From NCBI RefSeq assembly GCF_900232105.1, contig NZ_LT934425.1:450001-482000 (forward strand): a stretch of 32,000 nt of DNA. The letters run 5' to 3'. This DNA comes from Candidatus Kuenenia stuttgartensis (GTDB lineage Bacteria > Planctomycetota > Brocadiia > Brocadiales > Brocadiaceae). Below the pieces are notes generated by a model. It made no database searches. It was not told the DNA's origin and saw only the letters and a list, made by a program, of their open reading frames with translations. The position numbers and the translations under genes were made by a program. Positions 10,229 through 19,360 of this stretch are shown here, piece by piece; position 1 is the stretch's first letter, and each line of letters opens with the position of its first letter.

Positions 10229-10269
10229 TGAAATACGCACGGTTTTAACTGAGAAAATCAACGAACTCA

Positions 10270-10668
10270 TCAATAACCTATCTTTTCAAGCTCCGGATAA
10301 AACGTTCCTTCCTCAAACGCTATCCTACCTGCAAGCGCACTTTTTATACCATCGAAGTCAGATACAAAATCACCGCTATCTACAGCATCAGGTGTTGAAT
10401 ATTTATTGAAGAATGGCAATAATGCATTTTCGGCAATCTTCCCGAGTTCGTCTATAAACGACTGTGCGGCTGATTTAAAAAATACATTGTCGGACTTCCC
10501 CATTGATTCTGTTATAACCTTATTTTCTTCTGCTACGTGTGCCAGTAAAGCATCCTTTAAGCTGTTAAGTGTATCCAACCTTTTTTGTCCACTCTGAGAA
10601 TCAATTTGTCCCAATAAATCGATTGCTGCCTTGTGTGTAGCTTTAAAACTGTCTACAGTTGCCCCCAT
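10270..10668 (-). CDS. hemerythrin HHE-like domain protein
   Basis: Helical 132 aa with FKATHKAAIDLL, LLAHVAEENKVI, RIAFEEGTFYPELEK metal-ligand-like spacing. Confidence 0.65.
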   Translation of the reverse strand: MGATVDSFKATHKAAIDLLGQIDSQSGQKRLDTLNSLKDALLAHVAEENKVITESMGKSDNVFFKSAAQSFIDELGKIAENALLPFFNKYSTPDAVDSGDFVSDFDGIKSALAGRIAFEEGTFYPELEKIGY

Positions 10669-10718
10669 ATGCCACTTCTCCTTTCTTTAATTTTACAAAT
10701 ATTTATCACGCTTGACTT

Positions 10719-10846
10719 GTAACTATTCAGCGTAAACGATACACGGCTCGTTCCCAAACCTTGTACTGAACATAGTGAAGTATCTGTTTGGGAACGCAGT
10801 TGTACTCTGATCTCCGGTAGTTTAATAAATTACGCTGAATAGTTAC
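10719..10846. mobile_element. 128-bp MITE-like element, GTAACTATTCAGCGTAA family
   Basis: Perfect 17-bp terminal inverted repeats gtaactattcagcgtaa ... ttacgctgaatagttac. Ends match the element at 30477-30855 in opposite orientation. No clear TSD. Confidence 0.85.
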
Positions 10847-11228
10847 CCTCTGTTAATTCATAAACAGTTTTATTTAAGTTGATTTTCTTTGCAGCATTCA
10901 CCTGAAGGTCATGTAATGCCCCGGCGTGTTCCTTCATATGCATCAGATGTGTTTCTAACATTTCCGGTGCAACTTCTTTTATTCGTTCAACAGTTGCTTC
11001 CTCACTGTATGCTTCAGATTCTTTTTCTTTGATTGTCAATGCACCTGTAGGGCAGGAGCCAAGACACGCCCCAAGACCGTCACAGTAAAATTCTTTTACA
11101 AGCTTTGCTTTGATGCCATCTTTAGTTTCAACAATTTGAATTGCCTGCTCCGGACAAGCGGGTATACAATTTCCACAGCCATCACACAATTCTTCAACAA
11201 TCTGAATGATTTTCCTTTTTACCTTCAT
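10830..11228 (-). CDS. 2x[4Fe-4S] ferredoxin-type protein
   Basis: CDGCGNCIPACPEQAI and CDGLGACLGSCPTGAL cluster motifs. Confidence 0.88.
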   Translation of the reverse strand: MKVKRKIIQIVEELCDGCGNCIPACPEQAIQIVETKDGIKAKLVKEFYCDGLGACLGSCPTGALTIKEKESEAYSEEATVERIKEVAPEMLETHLMHMKEHAGALHDLQVNAAKKINLNKTVYELTEGNYSA

Positions 11229-11254
11229 AAAAATATCCGTTTCAGATTTAACAT

Positions 11255-12418
11255 TTATGATTCATCCGGCAATATAAATATCCCGGATGGAGTAGGAACT
11301 GTTATCTCGTCTAAGACCTTCCATTCATTTGTATCAAGGACTCTTACAGTATTATCAAAATAAGATGAGAGATAAAGCCTCCTGCTATCTTCAGAAAATC
11401 TTATATGCATTATCCTCTTTCCCGCCTTTATATCGTTTAAGACCTTTCTGCTTTTAGCGTCTACCACCGTCAGAAAATCTTCCTTATCACCGCTGTAGTT
11501 TACCGCAATATACCTGCCGTCAGGAGAGACGGCAACAAATACGGGAAGCCCTGTCAAATCAATATAGCCGCTGTGCTTAAAGCTGTTGATATCTACAATA
11601 TGAAGCCTCCTCTCTCCGACTGCCGGGATAAATGCGCTGTCCTTATACACTCCCCACGTGCCAAAATGAGGTATCTTAAATATCGCCTCACCTTCGCCCC
11701 TCCTCAAATTCCTTCTGGAATAGTTCATGGTATTTACGTCAAGCATACCAACGCTTCCCTTATTAAAAAGTCCAACTATATATTTATTCTCAGACATAAG
11801 TGCGTCAAAAGGCATACCGCCCGCATTTTTTATCATCTTATGCACTTCAAAATTCTTTTCCGAATCAAGCACCCATATCTCATCTTTATCCATGAGGGCA
11901 AATATCAGAAACCGCTTCCACGATTTTATACCTACGTTTTTTGAGTTTGTCTCAATCTTTTTTAATGTGCTAAGGCTCTCGTCAAGTATAACCACATCAT
12001 GAGGGTCATAGTTTGCAACCGCCACCATATCTCCGGTAAATATAAAGCCTATACCGCTTTTACCGACCTTAACCTGCTTTATGAGGCTGTCAGAGACTGT
12101 CTCTATTTGCGAAAGGTAGCCGTCCCTGCTTATCACATACATAAAGTTTTTATTAAATTTTACAGTTGCATGGTTGAGGTTTCCAAGATTTCCAATCTCC
12201 CCGGAAAGAACACCGTTCTCTATTACAGCAAGCCTTTCCCTCTCCCTTTCAACAACATAAATCTTCTCTGCAAAAGCAGACGTAAGAGTGTAAAGAATAA
12301 ATATTCCTGTTGTAACTACCATAAAAATGGCATAAAACAATTTTGTATAAGAACACGGGATTGCTTCGTTTTGTCCGGAATGGCTGGTCTTACCGGATTT
12401 AAACCTTATATATGACAT
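11255..12418 (-). CDS. nirF: NirF-like heme d1 biosynthesis beta-propeller protein
   Basis: 387 aa, N-terminal hydrophobic segment, d1-type propeller repeats (KIYVVERERERLAVIENG..., VAVSPDGRYIAVNYSGDKEDFLTVVDA). Overlaps the NirJ-like gene in an nirS cluster. Confidence 0.8.
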   Translation of the reverse strand: MSYIRFKSGKTSHSGQNEAIPCSYTKLFYAIFMVVTTGIFILYTLTSAFAEKIYVVERERERLAVIENGVLSGEIGNLGNLNHATVKFNKNFMYVISRDGYLSQIETVSDSLIKQVKVGKSGIGFIFTGDMVAVANYDPHDVVILDESLSTLKKIETNSKNVGIKSWKRFLIFALMDKDEIWVLDSEKNFEVHKMIKNAGGMPFDALMSENKYIVGLFNKGSVGMLDVNTMNYSRRNLRRGEGEAIFKIPHFGTWGVYKDSAFIPAVGERRLHIVDINSFKHSGYIDLTGLPVFVAVSPDGRYIAVNYSGDKEDFLTVVDAKSRKVLNDIKAGKRIMHIRFSEDSRRLYLSSYFDNTVRVLDTNEWKVLDEITVPTPSGIFILPDES

Positions 12419-13494
12419 GCCGGATCCTCCTCAAAATAATCTCCGTATCTGATATACGCCCTTGCCCTTGAATTTCCGTTGCATATCTCAATATAAGCGC
12501 ATTTTCCGCATCTGCCATGGAGCCTCCGCGGGCTCTCTCTAAGCCTTGAAAGGATGCCGTTTGAATTCCATATCTCACAGAAACTCCTTGTCCTCACATT
12601 TCCAACTGCATCAGAAAAAAACGGATCGGGTTTTACATTGCCTTCAGAGTCAATATTCACAAGCCGCTTTCCTGCCTGATTCCCTCCCCATGTCCTTAAC
12701 CTTTCATAAAGTCCGTCATATATATAGGGGTATCTCTTTTTAACAGCATTAAGAAGCATCACGGCATCTGCGTCATTGTTGCCCGTCACAACATTTATCG
12801 GAATATTGTTATCCACATATTCAAAAGACTTTTCAAGTATAAAGCCTATCGCCCGCCTGTAGCCATCGCGGTCTACATCATGCAAATCTCCGGCCCTGCC
12901 TGAATATACCAAGTGTGATATATATATCTTCTGTATGCCTTCCTTACGGGCAAGCTCAAATATAAACGGAAGGCTCTTCTGCGTGTTTTCAGTAAGCGTG
13001 AATCTCACACCGACCTTCAGACCGTTTTTCAGGCACAATCTTATCGCCCTCAGCGAATCCTCAAATGCACCCTTTCTGCCCCTGAATGAGTCATGTATCC
13101 CCGTCTCTCCGTCTATACTTATGCCTATGTAGTCAAGCTGCTCTTTTATTCTGTTTATATTATCTTCCCCTATAAGAATACCGTTTGTTGAGAGATAAGT
13201 CTTTATCCCTGCCTTTTTCAGTTCGCAGGTTATATCGAAGATATCCTTCCTCATAAGCGGTTCACCGCCTGAAAGTATTGCTAATTTTACCGCTGACTGT
13301 TTAAACTGTTGTATAAGACTTATTGTATCTTCACTGCCAAGTTCTTTACCTTTTATCTGATTTGCATATGCGTAGCAGTGTTTGCATGTGAGATTGCAGT
13401 TGTTTGTAATATTCCATATAACAATAGCGCCGCTAAATGGTCTGCAACCTTTTTTGGAAAGAGAATCTTTTACGTATTCAGTTATCCTTAGCAT
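12406..13494 (-). CDS. nirJ: radical SAM/SPASM protein, NirJ-like (heme d1 biosynthesis)
   Basis: NNCNLTCKHCYAYANQ radical SAM motif; C-terminal CGKCAYIEICNGNSRARAYIRYGDYFEEDPAC auxiliary cluster motif; nir context. Confidence 0.85.
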   Translation of the reverse strand: MLRITEYVKDSLSKKGCRPFSGAIVIWNITNNCNLTCKHCYAYANQIKGKELGSEDTISLIQQFKQSAVKLAILSGGEPLMRKDIFDITCELKKAGIKTYLSTNGILIGEDNINRIKEQLDYIGISIDGETGIHDSFRGRKGAFEDSLRAIRLCLKNGLKVGVRFTLTENTQKSLPFIFELARKEGIQKIYISHLVYSGRAGDLHDVDRDGYRRAIGFILEKSFEYVDNNIPINVVTGNNDADAVMLLNAVKKRYPYIYDGLYERLRTWGGNQAGKRLVNIDSEGNVKPDPFFSDAVGNVRTRSFCEIWNSNGILSRLRESPRRLHGRCGKCAYIEICNGNSRARAYIRYGDYFEEDPACHI

Positions 13495-15187
13495 TTGCGG
13501 ATTCCTTTATAAAACTAAGAAGAAACTCCACCTCTTCTGCGCCTGTCTTTATCTCCGGCATAGTTGCCTTCGCATAGCCGAGGGTCTTGTATGCGGTCTG
13601 GGGGTTTGTTATATATGCCCTTATCATATTTTCGTTACTGTTTTCATATATCCATCTGAAAGAAGGGCCAAACGCCTCATACGTGGGATGGTGGCATCCC
13701 CAGCACTTTTGCCTGAAGACCTCCCCGCCAAGTTGAATTGGGTCATAGCGCCTGTTTTTATTTACAAAATTATATTTTCCAACAGGCAGGCTTGCGGGAA
13801 ATCTCTTTTGCTCCTTCAATGTAAGCGCATCATACACGATAAGACTTCCGTCGTTTTCATAGATACTTAAATATGCAGTGCCGCCGTCTCCGCTTATTTC
13901 GGTATGCATCATCTTTTTGCCTTTTACAGGAACTATTCTTTTCTGTGAAAGTTCCCTTTTGTCTATTAAGACGAGTTCATCGCTGCCGTTATCAACCCAT
14001 AAATACGGATTATTGGAGTTTGTCCTCACAAAAAAACCGCTCCCGCCAACGTCTATCTTCCCCAAAAACGCCCAGTCATACATCCGCCATATCGTCAGGT
14101 ATGTCTTTCCTATATGCGCAGTGGCAAAATAAAACGAGCCTTTATCATACCAGTAGGATGCAGAAAAAAGATGTGGCATGCTTTCTATCGGATATTCAAA
14201 GATCTGTTTTCTGTCTTCAATGCTGTATACCTGAAGAAGCTTGCCGTTTCTTGAGCTTCCTATTACATAGGAATCAAGCGGATCTATAAAAAAATCATCA
14301 AAAGGATTCATGATCTTTATATAGTCAATAGAAAGACTTTTCGTATTGATTATCCCAATAAGCGGTTTATCCCTGAATGTAAATATCGCCTCATCCCTCG
14401 AGTGAAGCTCGTATATAGCATTGATCTTTCCTTTAACAGGGATAACCTTTAATACAGGGTCGCTGCCCTTCTTTATGCTTTCAACATCAATAGCAACGAT
14501 AGCTTCCGGAAGAATACATGCAGCAAACAACCGACTTCCGTCTCTTGAAAGCGATATATTCCTTAAATTCACACATACCCTTATCCTTCCATAAAACCCC
14601 CTGTCGGTATCATACATTCCGACCCAGCCGTCTCTTGCCGGTATGAAAAACTTCTTCGCATCAGGCGTAAACTTCAGACCGCCGTGAATATTGCTGAAAT
14701 CAAACTTATCTAGTATGCTGTCTCCTTCCATGACCCATACCCTGTTAATGCCCCTCTCAACAACTACAATGAGGTTTTTTATGTCTTTTATCTTTAACGG
14801 CTCTGCATCCCCACCTGTGATTTCAAGGCTTTTTTTTATGTCATCTTCTTTCCATTCCACGGACATAGGCTTTCTGATAAATGCCACAATCATATTTATT
14901 TCTTCATCGTTCAGGTAGTCGAAAGAAGGCATTTGTGTTGCTGGAAGCCCATTCTTAATAATGTCTGCAAGGTCTTTATCAGAAAGATTTTTTAAAAGTG
15001 CAGGCAGAAGCGCAGAGGCAGTTGTTCCCATCCTTTGAGGATGATGACACGATGAGCAATATGCCTGATAAAGCAGTTCATCTTTAGTAGAAGCATTCAG
15101 GACGGGCACTGTAATAAAGCTTGTGCAGATAACAATAAACAGTATGCCTCCTGCCGTTACGAATAAGCTTTTACCGTGTACAGGCAT
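13478..15187 (-). CDS. d1-type propeller protein flanked by N- and C-terminal cytochrome c motifs (NirN-like)
   Basis: Signal-like N-terminus; CSSCHHP near N-terminus; propeller centre (RLFAACILPEAIVAIDVESIKKGSDPVLKVIPV); C-terminal GGEVFRQKCWGCHHPTYEAFGPSF. Confidence 0.78.
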   Translation of the reverse strand: MPVHGKSLFVTAGGILFIVICTSFITVPVLNASTKDELLYQAYCSSCHHPQRMGTTASALLPALLKNLSDKDLADIIKNGLPATQMPSFDYLNDEEINMIVAFIRKPMSVEWKEDDIKKSLEITGGDAEPLKIKDIKNLIVVVERGINRVWVMEGDSILDKFDFSNIHGGLKFTPDAKKFFIPARDGWVGMYDTDRGFYGRIRVCVNLRNISLSRDGSRLFAACILPEAIVAIDVESIKKGSDPVLKVIPVKGKINAIYELHSRDEAIFTFRDKPLIGIINTKSLSIDYIKIMNPFDDFFIDPLDSYVIGSSRNGKLLQVYSIEDRKQIFEYPIESMPHLFSASYWYDKGSFYFATAHIGKTYLTIWRMYDWAFLGKIDVGGSGFFVRTNSNNPYLWVDNGSDELVLIDKRELSQKRIVPVKGKKMMHTEISGDGGTAYLSIYENDGSLIVYDALTLKEQKRFPASLPVGKYNFVNKNRRYDPIQLGGEVFRQKCWGCHHPTYEAFGPSFRWIYENSNENMIRAYITNPQTAYKTLGYAKATMPEIKTGAEEVEFLLSFIKESANAKDN

Positions 15188-15669
15188 TATTTACCAAACC
15201 TCTCGCGCACAAAGATTATCGCTTTCCATATATCATCTGCCGAGAGATTATCACCGCTGTCGGGCCCGAAAGAAGGCATCAGGGTACCAGACAAACCCTG
15301 CTCTATTAACCAGAATATATATCCATCCTCTTTTTGTGAAAAAAACTCTTTATTAAAAACGGGCAATGCGAATCCTTCCAATATACCACCTACACCATCG
15401 CCATTTTCCCCATGACACTTCGCACACTTCCTTGAATAAACAGACCGGCCCCTCTCAAGCGCTACTAATTTACTACTTCCTGCATACGGATTCTTGATAG
15501 CAAGGTATTTTTCCGGAATTTTTTTAGCCGTCTGTACATCCTCCGCATGGACAGACATCGGCACTATCAATATAAACGCAATAATCGCTGTTTTGATTGC
15601 CATTAAACCCATATTACTACCCTCCTTAACATCTAAATTTTGGATGCCGGAAGGCTTCCCTTCCGGCAT
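15187..15669 (-). CDS. small periplasmic cytochrome c (NirC/NirM-like role possible)
   Basis: Signal peptide MGLMAIKTAIIAFILIVPMSVHA (likely start near 15612), CAKCHGENGDGVG, C-terminal LMPSFGPDSGDNLSADDIWKAIIFVRE. Confidence 0.85.
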   Translation of the reverse strand: MPEGKPSGIQNLDVKEGSNMGLMAIKTAIIAFILIVPMSVHAEDVQTAKKIPEKYLAIKNPYAGSSKLVALERGRSVYSRKCAKCHGENGDGVGGILEGFALPVFNKEFFSQKEDGYIFWLIEQGLSGTLMPSFGPDSGDNLSADDIWKAIIFVRERFGK

Positions 15670-15682
15670 CCAGGCCTAAGTT

Positions 15683-17548
15683 TTAGTAAATATCAAGCCT
15701 TGTGTTATAGACATTAAATTTGCCCGTCGGAGTTACAAGTCTTGGATCTGTGATCCTTGCCTTCTCTGTAAGCGTTTCATCGTCAAATACAATAATCTCT
15801 CCTTCCCTATCCCAGACAGATATCCATAACTCATCGCCCCCTTTATTATATTCCATATGGACAATCCTGCCCTTGTCTGTAAGTTTCAATACTTTTGGTT
15901 CCTTGTCAAGATGCCTGATATCGTAAACCGTAACGCTTCTTTGTGCATCTACATCTTTTGAGAGTGTATGGTCTACCCACAGGTGGTGGCTCTTTGGATG
16001 GGTCTTGATAAACAATCCGCCGTCCCCTGCAACCTTGAGCTTTCTTACTACCTTCCATCTGTTTTCAGTCTTGTCATGTCTTGGTTTTGTGCATACAAGG
16101 GCCACTGCCGCTTCTCCGAGATGCGGTGTTGCATAAACCCATCCGTATTCGGGGTCCTTAAAGTTTGTCCCCCTTCCGGGGTGAGGTTTAATACCGGTCT
16201 CTACAATAGCCTCAAGCTTTTTTGTCTTTGTATCAACAACAACAAGCTTATCCCTCATGTTGGCTGCAACGAGAAAATATCTGTGTGATTTGTCCCATCC
16301 GCCGTCATGGAGGAATCTCTCCGATTCAATTGTAGTGACCTTGAGATTTTTTATGTCAGAGTAATCCACAAGCAGGATGAGTCCTGTCTCTTTAACATTT
16401 AACACCCATTCAGGGGCAAAATGCGATGCAACGATAGAAGCCACCCTTGGCTCAACATGGTATTCCTGTGTATCATAGGTGTAGCTCCTTGTGCTTACAA
16501 TCTTCAGCGGCTCAAGCGTAAGACCATCAAGGATAACGTAGCTTGGAGGCCAGTAATTTCCCACCACGGCAAGCTTATCAACAAAGTCCCCCTTTCTGCC
16601 TTTATACTTACTGCTCTCAATTGACCTAGCATCAAGCCCGGTCTTAACCTCTGCAATAGTCTGTATAGGGTCCATCCAGAGGTCAACGAGTGTCGCCTTG
16701 GCGTCCCTGCCAATCGTATAGAGGTATCTGCCTGATTTTGAATACCTGAGGGTATGCACGGCAAACCCCGAATCCAGAACAGATACTACCTCTTTGGTAT
16801 CGCCGTCAATTATGGCAATCTTACCGGCGTCCCTCAAAATTACTCCAAAGAAATTCTCCCAGTTTCTATGGTGCACAGGTTTTGTAGGTCTCTTTTCAAC
16901 CGGCACATAAACTTTCCATGTCGCCCTGATGTCTTTCATGTTAAACTCAGGCGGAACCTCCGGCTCCATTTGGATATACTTCGCAAGGAGCTCAGCATCT
17001 TCCATCGTATAAATATTAACACCTGCGCCCCATCCTGGCATACCGCCTTTCGTTCCGTTAAAGATTATATTTTTGAGTCTCTCCGTGCCCATAGGCTTCG
17101 TCCTGTCAGGTGTAAGGGCATTACCCGTTGCACCTTTCCTTAGCATACCATGACATCCGCCGCATCTGTTAAAATACTCCCAGTTTGCCTTCTTATATTC
17201 TTCTCCTGAAAGCTGCACCTCCGCATTAGGTTTTGCCACCTGACGACCTTCTTCCGAAAGCTCAGCCTCAGCCTTCTGAACAACGTTTGCCTTCTTATAT
17301 TCTTCTCCTGAAAGCTGTGCCTCCGCATTAGGTTTTGCCACCTGACGACCTTCTTCCGAAAGCTCAGCCTCAACCTTCTGAACAACGTTTGCCTTCTTAT
17401 ATTCTTCTCCTGAAAGCTGCGCCTCCGCATTAGGTTTTGCCACCTGACGACCTTCTTCCGAAAGCTCGGCCTCAGCCTTCTGAACAACGCCAGTACCCAT
17501 AATCACAAATGAGAAAACGGATATCACAATTACCAACCATAACTTCAT
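15683..17548 (-). CDS. nirS: cytochrome cd1 nitrite reductase
   Basis: YFNRCGGCHGMLRKGATGNALTPDRT, VSVLDSGFAVHTLRYSKSGRYLYTIGRDAK, YWPPSYVILDGLTLEPLKIVSTR, HVEPRVASIVASH, ERFLHDGGWDKSHRYFLVAANM, KPHPGRGTNF, DPRLVTPTGKFNVYNT are diagnostic along the full d1 domain. Confidence 0.97.
   Translation of the reverse strand: MKLWLVIVISVFSFVIMGTGVVQKAEAELSEEGRQVAKPNAEAQLSGEEYKKANVVQKVEAELSEEGRQVAKPNAEAQLSGEEYKKANVVQKAEAELSEEGRQVAKPNAEVQLSGEEYKKANWEYFNRCGGCHGMLRKGATGNALTPDRTKPMGTERLKNIIFNGTKGGMPGWGAGVNIYTMEDAELLAKYIQMEPEVPPEFNMKDIRATWKVYVPVEKRPTKPVHHRNWENFFGVILRDAGKIAIIDGDTKEVVSVLDSGFAVHTLRYSKSGRYLYTIGRDAKATLVDLWMDPIQTIAEVKTGLDARSIESSKYKGRKGDFVDKLAVVGNYWPPSYVILDGLTLEPLKIVSTRSYTYDTQEYHVEPRVASIVASHFAPEWVLNVKETGLILLVDYSDIKNLKVTTIESERFLHDGGWDKSHRYFLVAANMRDKLVVVDTKTKKLEAIVETGIKPHPGRGTNFKDPEYGWVYATPHLGEAAVALVCTKPRHDKTENRWKVVRKLKVAGDGGLFIKTHPKSHHLWVDHTLSKDVDAQRSVTVYDIRHLDKEPKVLKLTDKGRIVHMEYNKGGDELWISVWDREGEIIVFDDETLTEKARITDPRLVTPTGKFNVYNTRLDIY
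17183..17488. repeat. in-frame 102-bp tandem repeat x3 in the nirS N-terminal region
   Basis: Unit boundaries at 17183, 17285, 17387 (gtttgccttcttatattcttctcctgaaagctg...gaacaac). Encodes approx. VQKxEAELSEEGRQVAKPNAExQLSGEEYKKANV. Confidence 0.95.
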
Positions 17549-17687
17549 ACATCCTCCTTTCGTTTACCGAAGTGCTTTGTGCAGGGCTTAAAAGCCTTGC
17601 AGATACCTTTATTACAGCCCTTTTTCTTTAATTAAAGGTAATATATGACTGCGATTTGTATTACCAAGGCCGAGAAGTAATCTGTAC

Positions 17688-17894
17688 TATAGTCAAATAA
17701 ATCTATTTTTCGAAAAACATTACAGGTAGGGGCGAAGCATTTGCCTGCATATAAGAGAGAGACGTAAAATGCTGTACATACGTCAACCCCGCTACGTTGA
17801 AGGAATTATGCTGTACGCATGCAAATGCTTCGCCCCCATTTTCCAAAAAGCCAAATTACCGCTAAGGTTCTAAAATCAGATTTGTTTGACTATA
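17688..17894. mobile_element. ~207-bp MITE-like inverted-repeat element with an internal GGGGCGAAGC palindrome
   Basis: Outer arms tatagtcaaataaatct / agatttgtttgactata. Inner arms ggggcgaagcatttgc (17729-17744) / gcaaatgcttcgcccc (17821-17836). Confidence 0.7.
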
Positions 17895-18507
17895 TATCAG
17901 GCGGAGGGAGCAATTGACTATCAGAGAGGAACCATCGGCTTTTGCCCAATTACTGACAACTTATAATATTTTTCATCAGTCCCGGGTTTTCACTTAGCTG
18001 GTTATTATTTGTGAAGATCAAAAGTGAAAATCTATCTATATATACAAGTTGTTCAAATCTTCGGTTACGGTAATATCCCGAATTCAATGATGAAAACTTG
18101 CATACCATAATGATTAACACATTCTGTTCCTTATTTTCAGAAGTACATATCAATAGTCCTATTTCCCTTATACCACTGATCTTGCGGAATACGCCTTTTA
18201 CAATATGAATTATAAAACTGTATTTCCTTTTGCAATATGTTATGCACATGTGAAAAGAATTTGAAGCTAACATTCTGGGGACATCATAAAATCATTGACT
18301 TATGTTGAAAAATAATTACAATCCCGTCGCTTTTAGGGCGGTTCACCAAGCACCCTTATTCAGGCTATTTTAGCCCCCTACGGAGCTTCTGTATAAAAAT
18401 TGCCTATGTTGGTTATTTATATTTCGCTACCATTGTATTATTTCAAAATACTAAATATTTATAAATTCCCGCAACTAAACAACACAATCAGAATGGAAGG
18501 GATTACC

Positions 18508-18880
18508 ATGAGTATACGCATGGTTGACGATTCTCCGGACGTACATTTTCAACTCAAATTTTTCCTGAATTCCAACGGTTACACCTCAAGAAAAATACGG
18601 AGGAGAAGAATTTGTCGCGGTCTTGCCTGATATGGAGTTAGAAGGTGCATGCCAGATAGCGGAAAACATACGTATAAACTACGTATAAACATTGATGCGC
18701 CAAAAATTGCCCTTCAGGAGTCGCATGTTTGCGGCCTGGTTACCGTCAGTATGGGGATTGCAACGACGATTTCCGATCCGGACTTAAACTCTGACATTTT
18801 GATTGATTATGCGGACAAGGCATATACCAGGCTAAAAATGAAGGACGTAACAGGGTTAAAATTTTTCAGCGCAGCGATAC
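18508..18880 (+). pseudogene. remnant of a response regulator-GGDEF protein
   Basis: MSIRMVDDSPDVHFQLKFFLNSNGY joins a GGEEF-like end (ggagaagaatttgtcgcggtcttgcctgatatggagttagaaggtgca), then VSMGIATTISDPDLNSDILIDYADKAYTRLK in broken frames. Confidence 0.75.
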
Positions 18881-18951
18881 GGAGAAGACTTAGTATCTTA
18901 TCAGTTACTTCTTTGTACTTTCAGGCAAAATACTTAATGGTGAAATCCGAT

Positions 18952-19104
18952 AATTGTGAAATACGAAACAAATTCTAATGACAAAATGATTCGAAATTCT
19001 AAACAAATACATCTTTCGTGTCTAACATTTAGTGATTCATATTGCTGCCTGTCTGTGCGTGATCGCACGCAGACAGGTATGTTTTGGATTTGTTTTGAAT
19101 TTTA
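18952..19104 (+). repeat. dispersed repeat copy A (paired with ~30905-31080)
   Basis: gaaacaaattctaatgacaaaatgattcgaaattctaaacaaatacatctttcgtgt...gtgcgtgatcgcacgcag...gttttggatttgttttgaattt. Confidence 0.8.
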
Positions 19105-19139
19105 GTAACTATTCAGCGTAAAACATTACACAACTCCCG

Positions 19140-19200
19140 GCGGGTTCACTCATTAGAAGGCTTTTGTCAAGGACAAAAGCCTTCTAATGAGTGAACCCGC
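19140..19200. repeat. perfect 29-bp-arm hairpin with 3-nt loop
   Basis: gcgggttcactcattagaaggcttttgtc-aag-gacaaaagccttctaatgagtgaacccgc. Confidence 0.9.
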
Positions 19201-19204
19201 GAAT

Positions 19205-19360
19205 GGTGGGATAAGTGAGAATTCGGCGTAGCCTCCCAATTTATGATATCAGGCGAGGATGACTTCAGCTCAGGCAAAATCGTTGGAGGCGACTTTGACG
19301 AAAGCATTGTGAAAGCAAAGGCATATTTGTTGTTTCTTGGCATGAAGTATAGGTTTTAAT
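19205..19360 (+). pseudogene. C-terminal remnant of a probable outer-membrane beta-barrel protein
   Basis: Reads FGVASQFMISGEDDFSSGKIVGGDFDESIVKAKAYLLFLGMKYRF*, ending in an OMP-like C-terminal F. Confidence 0.35.

Noticed and set aside
10719-10846. Target-site duplication for the 128-bp element
   Set aside because: Flanking 8-mers (cttgactt / cctctgtt) do not match; unlike the elements at 23998 and 30477, no TSD can be claimed here.
13873-14289. Overlapping ORFs on the opposite strand of the nir cluster (e.g. 13873-14289, 13382-13870, 15968-16288, 17140-17487)
   Set aside because: Low-complexity antisense readings of well-supported nir genes with no recognisable domains. The 17140-17487 ORF is an out-of-frame reading of the 102-bp repeat.
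17183-17488. Possible CRISPR-like array from the regularly spaced repeats near 17.2-17.5 kb
   Set aside because: The whole 102-bp unit is repeated without variable spacers and lies in frame in nirS, so it is a coding tandem repeat.
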